From NCBI RefSeq assembly GCF_030028105.1, contig NC_092379.1, positions 23,739,821 through 23,803,820 on the forward strand: a DNA stretch of 64,000 nt. Direction: 5' to 3'. This DNA comes from Mobula birostris. Taxonomy: Eukaryota. The notes beneath the pieces were generated by a model. The model worked only from the letters and a program-made list of their open reading frames with translations, made no database searches and was not told the DNA's origin. Position numbers and translations under genes: made by a program. Below, piece after piece: positions 48,544 to 59,400 of this stretch (position 1 is its first letter; every line of letters starts with the position of its first letter).

Positions 48544-51500
48544 CACAGTGAAATAATTCAATACAAAAACCTTTCCCTTGCAGCACATGAGTCACATGAC
48601 CATTTATGCATCGCTTTCAAGGCAGTGACCACGTACCGAAGCGCGTCATATGAGTGTTACTGAATTAAATCAAAAGTACATTAGAAGTAGCAACAGTAGA
48701 TGTCTGGAATCAGTGACATTCCCATAAGAGACCAAGGCACCGAACAGTTAGTTGCAACATGCCGTTGCTACGCCATTCAATGTTCATGGGCGATGCAACC
48801 CCCATTTCCAAACATCCTTTGATTTGTTAAATGTTCAGCGAATTACTGGATTCTTAATTGCCGACTGAGCCGTTGCAGTCGAATGGGATTGCTGGATTTG
48901 TTAAATTAACCGTGTTCCCAGTAATTAATTTTCTGCCAATTCCAATCTGAGTATCTGTGCCCTTATTTCAAGATTACCCAGTCAAAGTAAGGAATGCTCG
49001 ATATTACACTGTCTGTTCTACGCAGAATATTGTGTGCTTTAAAAGTATATGTAATTACTGTTTCAATCTCCTGTGACGCTCGGCCATTCATAACAACATC
49101 CATTTATTGGTGATTATTCCCATTCAAATAAACAAACTACTAATCCCAATAATTCAGAATAACTGATTTATACAACCGTCGTCAAACATAGCGTTGTCCT
49201 GAATACAAGGCTCTCTTTGCGGAAATGCAGGATATATTCTACCCCAATGTGCTCTCTCCGAAACTGCTCTGCATTTTCACCTCTTTGCACTCATTTCTTG
49301 GAAAGCTGAGAACATAGCAATCCTAGCTTACCAGGCAAGTCTTCCTTCTTTGCATTTGCGAATAGGTAAATTATTTTACTGAAGTTCATTTCTTCGTGTT
49401 TTTACTCTCTAGCTGTATCTATTCACCCTGTTACTAGACAGTCAGTTTTGCAGCTTATTTCTATAGTCAACCGGGTTTTTAACTCCCCACACTCCCACTT
49501 GCTCTGTCAACCTTCTTTTGCCTCGTTCCAGCTTCTGACGGAGGCTCGTTGAACTGAACCGTTAACTCACGTTTCTCTCTTACAATGGATACGGTCCGAC
49601 CAGATTAACCTTTTTGAATTGCCAGCATCTGCATATATTTTTAAATTTTTTTTTAATGACAAAAGGGTGTTTCCAGGGGGAGATGTGGACTAAAATATTA
49701 AATTACATGGACAGTGCCTCGTGAGCTTAACACATGCGGTGCATCTCAGTACATAGAATATAGGACAGTGTAGGCAGAGCCCGTTTAGACCACCCATATC
49801 TGCGGCAAACATGATGATATATTTAAGCAGCATGTCTACCTGCATCTCTCCAATTCCTGCATGATGAATTATCCATCTAATTGTCTCTTAAAATTTGCCA
49901 CCGTGTCCGCTTCCACAACTTCTCTTAAACTACAAGGCACTTTACACTCTCTGCATATTTTAAATGTCTCGTGTAATCCCTTTGTATCCTTACTCTCTTC
50001 TTAACACTTCTCCCAAGATAAAGCAATTGTAATTTGTCTAAACTACCCTCATAGATCATATACTTCAATCCAGATAACATACATGTGGCCCTCTTCTGCG
50101 CCATATCCAAAGCCTCAAATCCTTCCTAAAATGTGACGACCAGAACTGCACAGAATAATTAAAATGCCGTCGAGCAAAAATTTTATATAGCTGCAACATT
50201 ACTTGCCAACATTTATACCCAATGACACAAAAGATAACGGGATATATGCTGTACGCTTACTTTAGCACACTCCTTTCACAGGACGCAAACCTTGCTTTGG
50301 ATGCTTGTGGTTTGGAGGCTGGCGTGCCTCAGTGACCCGGAGGGCCTTGTGCTTTGGATCTTGGTAGGGTCACCCATGACAAACAGATCAAAGGGTGCAG
50401 GCCATACTATAAGTGGTCCACCTGTCAGGAATGATTCTGGCAAAGATTTGTGAAAGACCATTGATGTAAAACATTAACTCTGTTTCTCATCGCACAGATG
50501 TTGCTTAGTAGTGGCAGTGCAGGAGGTTCTGACAGTGCATATGCGTTGATGAGATTTGCATCCCGGGATCAGCAGGTTGTACGTACAGTCCTGTCTGGAT
50601 CAGTGTTCCCCTGGGTTATTGGGAAAAAAAAAACAACTTAACAAACTGACAGCAGGGCGCTGGGGTGAAGGGACAGTGGTATCGGAGATGGGTAGGGCGG
50701 CAGGCTGCTGGGGTGCAAACAAGCACTGGAGCTGGGAGTGTCAGCTCCGTCGAAATTTACAATGAAATAACACTTGAATATTTGCAAAGATGATAGACGG
50801 TGATCAGGTGAGACTCGATCTGGTTATAGTAAGTGGATAGAATATCAGGTTAAATGAACATCAGGTGGGCAATATTATTTCTTCAGCATTTTGGATCTCG
50901 CCATTCCTGATAAAGTCAGAATCAATTACACGTCTGAGCTGCCATTCAGCGGGCTTTTGGAGGTAAAGACATTGATGGGTCGGGAGTAATAAATAGACTC
51001 GAAAGTTAAGGATGGGAGAGCTCCTACACTGAGGGACTCCAGTAAAACTGAAGGGTCAGCATTTTTAATGACCAAATTTAAAAAACAAAATACGAACAAT
51101 TAAGATTTTGGAAATCTGAGACAAATCTGCTTCTGATCATTACTAACTGAGTTTAAGTTTGACAGTTTTGTTGTGGTGGTATCTGTGGACTGTTCATCCA
51201 TCCCTCTGCACTACTCATCTGTTTTAATGGACTCTTCTCACCATCCCTCTGAATCCAACACTGTGCCTGTCTATTGGATCACTGTATCCAATGTGTTCTG
51301 AACAATAATTCTCATTCCTGCACAATATTACGTCACCAGAGCAGACTGTCTAATTGTTAACAACTTGACGTTTGTGTATTCTCTTATATGCAGAGTTGCA
51401 CCAAATTCTCTACTGTACAACAGGGCTGTACTTTGAATCTACTTCGTTGCCTGTAAGTGCTCGGGACATTATGAAGGGCCGTCTGTAAGTTTTAGCACTT

Positions 51501-51575
51501 TATTTCAAAACCACTTTTACTGACAACCAGGAACATTGGTTAATGTAGGAAACACTTGTTAAGCAAACCCATTCA

Positions 51576-52618
51576 TGTCATAAGGGGGCGTTGGGAGTGG
51601 AACCAAGTGCAAGACACAGACACTGAAGTACTGGGAACTGGACTGGACTAGAGTTAGGGACGGGACTGGACACAGACTAGGTGCTAGACAGGAGCACAGA
51701 CTTGGGCCAGGACTTTGGCTGGGAAGGCAGGTCCAGGGCAATGAACTGGGAACTAGGGGCCTGTGTTTGGTCTGCGAGTCAGAGACTGGACAAGGACCCA
51801 GAACCTAAGTCTTGACTGGGGCTCGGACCACGGAACTAGGCGAGGGCATGACGTAGCTACAAGACTGGATATAGCTAGGGCTCTTCGAGGCTTGGCTACA
51901 GGACTAAACGAGGCTTGGCTACCGGACTAGGCGAGGCTTGGGTTCTTTGAGGCTTGGCTACAGGACTAGGCGAGGCTTGGCTACAGGACGAAGCGAGGCT
52001 TGGGTTTTTCGAGGCTTGGGTTAATCGAGGCTTGGCTACAGGACTAGGCGAGGGTTGGGTTCTTCGAGGCTTGGCTGCAGGACTAGGCGGGACACTCCAG
52101 GGCAGGACGTCGCACTCCTTCTTGGAACCCAGGGCCGGGCCCCTCCTTGGACGCCGGGCCGGAATGCTTATTAGGATGCGGGACCGGGATGACTGCCGAA
52201 GTAAACCGCCGAGGAAACTGTCAGGGATTCAGAAGGAGAGGGGAACGGAACAGACCAGCCTCAGAGTAACGGCAAAGACAGCCTGACTTACTCAACGGAG
52301 GCGAGGACGGGAAGACAGCTCAATCATGGATGGCTCCAAGTCTCGGAGCGTCCAGCAACCTTGGCTGGCTATGGAAACGGCCGAATCTATACCACGATGA
52401 CTGCTCCGACAAGAGACAAAATGGGTCCATGAAGCGGCGCTCCTCCAACCAGGCCTAGATATCACGAATGTCTGCTCTAGCCTTCCATCGGCGGGTTGCT
52501 CCAAGGGGATACTGACGAGACGAACCAGCACCCACACTCGATCCCAGGGCCGCTTAAATTCCCAGCCTCAAGACGAGCATCAGGTGCCTATGATTAAAAC
52601 CAACTGAAGCAAAGGACA
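51576..52618 (-). mobile_element. Probable solo LTR with internal tandem repeats
   Basis: Bounded by TGTCATAA...AAAGGACA (TG..CA); absent at the corresponding site of copy B (about 61230); internal arrays GAGGCTTGGCTACAGGACTAGGC and GGACTGG. No TSD recognised. Confidence 0.6.
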
Positions 52619-54011
52619 GCCGGAAGACCGAGAAGAAATTACAGAGGCTTGTCTGTCTGTGAACTGAGAATAAACAGTTCATTTAAAAATAAAGTTCAAC
52701 TCATGTCTGTGATTGTGTGATGGAACAGGTTGGAGGAAGCTTCCCTTTCTGTCTATGCTCTGGTACCATGCGCTGGCCAGGATGCGAGAGTGCAGAAGGA
52801 TCATTGTAACTAATTCATGGCTGCCAGAATACCACATGGGAGCTGGGAGGATGGGGCCGTGCAAAAAGATCTTTGTATCTCATCCGTGACTGCCAGGACT
52901 AGGCATGGGATCTCTAATCTGCATTTTGCCTTATGCTCTGTATACTCCGAGTGCTTGAACGAATCCCTTTGATGAAGAACTTCGCAAATTTACATGATAA
53001 ATACTAGTTCAATTGAAAGACAGAGCAGAGAGTGAGGCTATTCATCCGGACTCGTCTGTTCTTTAGCTGAGTAGATCCAATAAACCGATTGGCATCTCTG
53101 CTCTTCTCTGCATCCCTACGAAAGGCTGATGTCCTGTTCTTTCGCTACACTCACTATTGGCCACGACGATCTTCCAGGCAGTGTGCTCCGGATCACAAAC
53201 TGTCATCAACAAAAGTTCCATTAAATGCTGCCCTATTACACATTATTGACTAAAACGCTTCCTCGCCCCCTCCCCAAAACACCACCTGGAATACTACTCC
53301 CACCCACCAATGCAAGGCTGCCTAGAATGTATGAAGGAATTGTGCTTTCGATTTTCCGCTTTAGCTTTCCTGCACACTTCGCCACTGCCTTCCCAACTCT
53401 AACTTATCTTCCTCACCGCAATCAACCACCCAACCGATCAGGAAATAAAACTAAAACCTTAATACCATCAATTAATCCAGGGACCTCGCTTAGTTTCGCC
53501 GTGTCTTGGGACAGTCCTGACGACAGCCGACGGTAAAATCTAATCCCAATAACTTGACACTGAACTGATTTATTGTTGTCACTGACAGGGAACAAACTCA
53601 AATGCGCTGAAACGCTCAGCTCCTGAACGTGAATCAGTTGGTGCTGAGGATCAGAAGCCAGATTGAACCAAACAGTGAGCTCAGTCAGCACAACCGTTAA
53701 GTGTCAAGGCACAGTCTGGTGACAAGATCAGAACCCATTAGCCCATAGCCTGTTCCCAGTATGTGGACAGTTCACTGTATGTACCCTTGTACTGTTACTG
53801 AGCTCCAGAGAAACACGCCGGTTCGGGCAGATTCATGTACACTCTAAATATCTGACTAATGTCAGTGAAACAATGAATTCGCCAATACTGTAAATTAACA
53901 AACACAAATAGGCGATGGAATTCAGAAGCTGGTTGTTACTGAATTCACTGTCAACGAGGTTCCTCCGGCTCAGAGGTCAAAACCGTCACACTGCTCAGTG
54001 TCACTACTCAC

Positions 54012-54058
54012 CCAATGCAATAACGGCACTTGGCCGTCACATCGAATAATCTTCGAAA
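54012..54058 (-). pseudogene. Possible decayed IgH J remnant
   Basis: TTCGATGTGACGGCCAAGTG resembles TTC GAT GTC TGG GGC CAA GGG (FDVWGQG) with indels; ends in G|gtgagt; lies where JH would sit in a V-D-D-J mini-cluster. No RSS recognised. Confidence 0.3.
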
Positions 54059-54510
54059 CGTGTCAGCATTAACCCCGTCTCGACCAGGAGTAGCCACCTC
54101 TTGAATTTCCAGCCCAAACTCTGAGCATGGCCCTTCTTGTCGTGTGAATAAAGGAGGCATTTTCAAAGTTTTCCTGTCTGTGGACACCCATTCCACTCAT
54201 CCTCCAGAAATGCAGTCGAATCGTTATGGGCTTCTAATTACCCAGAAACAGACATTTGTCATGGCAGTCCGAGTCGGGCTTCAGTGATTTGACTCTGGAA
54301 GCAGTACCACAGAATTCCTGGAGACAGAATGCACTGCAGACGCTTGTTTGTCGGGACCAATTTCTGTTCAGCTCCCCACTGCTGAGGTCCAAGTCATGGT
54401 GTTTCAACGCAGGTCACAAAGCATCTTTATCCCATCCAGCCCGAAATGTAGTGAATCCCGTTGCCAGCCAGCGGCTTCAATAAACTAAACCCACTCCCCT
54501 CTAATGTCGG

Positions 54511-54522
54511 TCATCCCAGTGC
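54511..54522 (-). pseudogene. Pseudo-D2 of VH cassette A (GCACTGGGATGA)
   Basis: D-like core with dead 5' RSS TGAAGTG-11-ACACAATGG (54523-54549); paralog at 63061. Confidence 0.45.
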
Positions 54523-54774
54523 TGAAGTGGAGACGGTATAACACAATGGGACGTTTTATTGGGCTTCCACTGACAGTTACTCTTCGGTGGCCCCGTTCCA
54601 TTCCAAACACACCTCCAGTGGAAGCTGTACCTAGTCTCAGATGATCCACTCGGAATCTGATTTATATCCACAGGTCTCGGGGTAAAGTCCGGTGTAAAAG
54701 TCCGAATGCCCAATTTAAGGTATTTTGTTGTGGTAGATCTTTGTATGGAGGGAGACACCATCTCGCACGCTGTG

Positions 54775-54791
54775 CCACCCAGTATAGTAAT
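54775..54791 (-). CDS. VH-linked D segment ATTACTATACTGGGTGG (12/23 RSS)
   Basis: 5' 12-RSS CACTGTG-12-ACGAAATCT (54792-54819); 3' 23-RSS CACAGCG-23-ACAAAGATC (54736-54774); open in three frames (YYTGW, ITILG, LLYWV); about 350 nt from the VH RSS. Confidence 0.88.
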
Positions 54792-55206
54792 CACTGTGGT
54801 ATACTGCTGTACGAAATCTTTCGACCATATCATTGTTTCCCAGCATAGTCAAACCGCACTCGAACACCAAAATGACTTTCATCATTATTCCTCACATAGC
54901 CCAACCATTTACTGTCACGAAGGCCCGACAACTGACAAGGTCGGTCGGCCCCTCTATTCTCAATCACGGCGCTTGGTTCCGAGCTACCCTCTGAAGTGGT
55001 CAGGTGCGCCTTTCGGTCTACGCATCCAACATTCCTTCTCAGGAGTCCTCACTGAGAAACCACCTTATGTAACATGGACGACCGGCCGTGTCCAGAAAGA
55101 TCGGGATACAACTGTGGCGATTACTGCTGCATTTCCTTCAGCACACTAAGGAAAGGCGCTCTTGCTGGGTTTTTGTCCCGGTCGAGTCCCGTACTCTCTC
55201 TCTGTG

Positions 55207-55504
55207 TCTCTCGCACAATAGTAGGTGGCCGTGTCGTCCAGTCCCAGGTTGTTCATTTTCAGATATACCGTGCTGCTGTCCTTGGAAACAGTGAACCGAC
55301 TCTGGACATCAGGCGCGTAATATTTCTCATCATCATACTTTACCACGGCCACCCATTCCAGCCCTTTCCCGGAGACTTCTTTCATCCAATGCATGTTATA
55401 GTCGCCGAGGTTGAAACCACTGACTGCACAGGTCAGCGTGTGGGACTGCCCGGGCTTTCCCACCGCTGACTTTGGCTGTGTCAGCACGACGTCGGACCGC
55501 ACGC
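55207..55504 (-). CDS. IGHV: Ig heavy-chain-type V exon, intact (tentatively IgW-like VH) in the TRD locus
   Basis: Acceptor tgacag|GC; GVRS-DVVLTQPKSAVGKPGQSHTLTCAVSGFNLGDYNMHWMKEVSGKGLEWVAVVKYDDEKYYAPDVQSRFTVSKDSSTVYLKMNNLGLDDTATYYCAR; both Cys, FR2 Trp, GLEW, RFTVSKD; 23-RSS CACAGAG-23-ACAAAAACC at 55168-55206. Confidence 0.95.
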
Positions 55505-55619
55505 CTGTCAATAAAAAATGAGTAAAGAGTAATAAAATGTTCCACGGACATACAGTAGATTGACAAATTCTCCGAGTAACAGCCGGACCCCGCTGGGCGA
55601 CAAGCCACGGGATACACAC

Positions 55620-55665
55620 CTGCTAGATAATACAGGATGACACAGGCATAAAACCCGACCCTCAT
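55620..55665 (-). CDS. IGHV: Leader exon of the intact VH
   Basis: ATG at 55665; MRVGFYACVILYYLA + G|gtgtgt; 46 nt, 115-nt intron, phase 1 matches the V exon. Confidence 0.9.
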
Positions 55666-55720
55666 CGCACTAAGGGCTGAGTCAGACTTGTACACTTTTG
55701 AGTTGTGCGGATGTATTGGG

Positions 55721-55745
55721 AACCGCAGAGAGCGCTGTTTAAATA
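55721..55745 (-). promoter_or_regulatory. Candidate VH core promoter (TATA-like TATTTAAA plus Runx-type TGCGGTT)
   Basis: TATTTAAA at 55745-55738, 73 nt upstream of ATG; AACCGCA at 55721-55727; no ATGCAAAT octamer seen in the next 300 nt. Confidence 0.4.
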
Positions 55746-56011
55746 GAGACGTGGACTGTGAGTGCGAGAGGGAGCAGCGGCTTGAATAGACTCTTACCTA
55801 CCGAAACCAGAGACGCAGCTTCCTGTCGCCGCCTCCAGCAGGGGTTTCAGTTGCACAAAATATGGCTGTATCTTTGCAGGAGCCAGTCCAGCGACAGAGA
55901 CTAGATCCGGACTGAAGATATTTCACAATCTGCTCAATGCATCAATGTCAGCATTGAACAGTTCTAGTAAACTAAGGCGCAGAGAATCCCAGCGTGAGCG
56001 AATGAGAAACA

Positions 56012-56425
56012 CCAGTCGGTGGACAGGTAAAACCCTGAGATACAGAGACTAGGAGCCTCTAGTCAGTGGATAGGTATCGCATTGAGACAGCTGTTGAGAG
56101 ACGCCAGTCAGTTAACAAATTTCACCCTGTGAGACAAGAAGCAAGGGGCATCTGTCACTGGATGGAATTCCACCTGGAAAATAGAAACCGAGAGGCACCA
56201 ATCACTGGATAGTTATTCCCCTATAGCGGGGGCAGAGAGATGGATAACGCCCCGAGACACAGGGACTGAGAGACCAGTCAGTGGATAGCTACCCCGCTAA
56301 GAGACAGAGACTACAGACACCAGTCTCTGAACAGATATCTCCGTTGGGGACAGGGCCTGAGACACACCAGTCAGTGGATAGCTATCCTTCTGAGAGACAT
56401 TGTCTGCGACACACTAGTCAATGGG
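56012..56425. repeat. Degenerate about 45-bp minisatellite upstream of the VH
   Basis: CCAGTCAGTGGATAG-like core recurs about every 45 nt (56012, 56058, 56104, 56198, 56274, 56320, 56367, 56414). Confidence 0.7.
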
Positions 56426-59400
56426 TAAAACATTTTCTAATGGTCACGGTCTAAGGGACATCCGTCTCCACGGGAAGATGTATGAAGTAACATAAAGACT
56501 GACTACACAATCTTCCGTCTGCACCCCATACCGCGAGAATCGTTGAGCTTACTAACGATGTCTCGCCAAACTGTCGTCATTCCACACCACGAACCTCTGG
56601 AAGGTACCGTAGAGACAGAAATGAGGACCCAAACCACATTTGGGGGACAATAGATATGGCCAAGAACAGTCAGAAACAGAGGACCTTCATTACTGGCCTG
56701 AATGACCGCTGCATTACAGGTTGTAACTAACTAAAATCAGAACACCATGTACTGTTATTGCTGTTTCCGTCGAGATATGTACATGTACCATTATGTACCA
56801 CAATGGTGCCAATGTTTCTGCCATTTATTGTAGACTTCTTCCTTGCATTTGTCCTCGCGCTTGGCCGGATTAAAATCTCATCTCCAACTCCCGGCCAAGT
56901 GATCTATGTCCAGATAAGTCCATTTTGCAATCCCCTTCGTTATTCACAAGTCTGTAATATGCACGTCGTCTGCAAACCTAATCATCCACCATACATTTTT
57001 GCTCAAAGATTTATTTCTCGCAGAAGTAGCGCCGTTCCTTGCAGAACACCACTGGTCATACTTCTCAAACACCACTACCAGCTGTCTTCTATAGGCAAGC
57101 CACATTTACACTCAATACACTATATCAAATCTCCATAGATCCCATGTGCCTTAATCTTCTGGATCAATGTACCACCAGAGATCTTGTCTGCTTTATTATA
57201 GTAATACAGACATTCTTGAGGATAAAATTGCTTGGGTGGCAGAGAAATGCAGCTTGTAAGGTTGTTACGTCAGAACTCCAAGAAGCGGCTTTCGTTCATG
57301 ACCTCGGGTGCTGTCTATGTATGTATTTTTCCGGTTCTTTTTGTGACCTCCTGGGGTTCGGTTGGGTGATCCCGTTTCCACCAACATGCCAATCTTTTTC
57401 AGGCTGGTTGGTTAATTGAACACTGTAAATTACCAATGTGGGTGCTAGAATTTATGGCAACTTTTGGGGACCGTTCGGAGAATCGTGTAAGATCGCAGTA
57501 CAGGCTGACTGACTTTTCCCCTGGAATTCGGGGATCCAATGTCCTCTGATGTTGTACTTCGCAAATACCAACTTTTCCTAATACACCACCGACTATCAAA
57601 CTATAAGGGAAAAGACATGGGGAAAGTATCCCTGAAGGAAGCGGGTATGATCAAGGGCGACTATTCTATTTTTCTTTATTCACGGGCAGAAATTAACATG
57701 TGTAATAACGTAGCAAAATCAACCATGGTAGGTCAGAATAGGTGGAATCAACGGTTACACTTTGGTAGTGAAACCGGGTAAGTTTGCAAATACTCATAGA
57801 TATCATGGTGTATATGCGATCATCCAGTTGTTGCCATATCATGAGATGTGTTGACAAGCACGCATAGGGCCACGAAAGGTTGACTACGACAGCTGATATT
57901 TTAATGAGCTCATGTTTACAGAGGGTCATTTCAAAGTCAGAAATTGGGCCAACGACAACATTGGGCATAGACATCATGGTACCCGGAGATCTTAACTGAA
58001 TGGCTGTGTGATTCTGGAGTTGCCAGGAACGGAGAATAGATTTCACCTGGTATCTGAAATGGGGTATTTCATTTCAGGGAGGGGTTGAATAGGCTGGATG
58101 TATTTTCTCTGAAGTGTTGAAGGCTAAATCTAACTTTTGACAAGTATAGATACAGCCAGAGTCGGTTTCCCAGGGCACTGGAGTTAAGAACCAGGGGGCA
58201 CGTTAAGGTAATAGGAGAGCAAATAAAGAGTGTCTTAGCGAAATTACCTCACACTCAGGGTTGTGGTTATTTGCAAAGAGTTTCTAGACATGATGATGCA
58301 GCTGATACAATACGTTTTTTTAAAGGTCTCTCTGCATGTTGCTGAATAGGCAAGGCAGAGAGTGATGGGGTCAAACAGAGAAAAATGAAGTTATGGTATT
58401 CCGAGAGGCCGAAAGATACCGTTTCAGTGCTTCAGGATACTGTGATTCTCACACTGTGTCTTCTACGCTCTGAAAGATTTCAATCTGAGTTGTAATATCA
58501 CTGATCAGCACTCTCCATTCCCTCAGTACGTTTACGGAGTTGATAATGGCAACAATCTTTCCCTGCATTTGGCAATCGTTAGACTATTTTACGGAAGTTC
58601 ATTTGTTCGTGCTTTAACTTTCTAGCCGTTCCTATTTTCTCAGTAATTGGACAGCCATTTTTTACAGCTTATTTCTGCGGTCAACTGGTCATGGCCCCGC
58701 CTTTTTTTAAATGTCTCGTTCCAACTACTGACGGAAGTTCTTTCAACTGACACGTTAAATCACTCTTCTCTCTTGCCATGGATACAGTCTGGCGTCGTGA
58801 GTATTTCCAGATTTCCTTTTGAAATCGCAGCTTCTGCATTTTCAATTATTCATGACTGAAGGTTGTTTCCAGGGAGTGATAAGGAATTAAGCATTAAATT
58901 CCATGGACAGCGCCTAGTGGACTTAAATGTCTACGATTTTAACATATCAGGTGTAGCCCGTTCAGCGCACTCCACGTCTGTGGCAATCACGACGGTATTT
59001 TTAAAGCAACATATCTGCCTATACCACTCTCATTCTCTGCATAATGAATGTCAAACAAATTGTCTCTTAAAAGGTGCCATCGTGTCCGCTTCCGCAACGT
59101 CTTCTGAAGTTGTAGGCACTTCCCACTCTCCACATATTTTATTATCTTGTGTAACCCCTTAGGTAGTCCCCCGTTTAAATCCCTCTGGTCGAGGATTTCA
59201 GGGTTCCACCTTGTCATAACGACAGTAATTACCTTCCCCATCATTGTCCCTTATTGTATATATTCCACCAGGTCGGTCGTCAGCCTCCAGTACTCAAGAT
59301 AAATCAATCCTAGTTTGTCTAAACCCTCTTCTAGATCATACATGTGACCCTCTTCTGCGCCAAATCCAAAGCCTCATATTCTTCCTAAAACGTGACGAGA

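Larger units (their letters stand above)
49860..55700. repeat. Duplicated VH cassette, copy A (paralog of 59050-64000)
   Basis: Collinear matches throughout, e.g. 49870/59060, 50470/59880, 52680/61300, 53220/61750, 54350/62875, 54940/63300, V exons 55207/63560. Confidence 0.88.
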
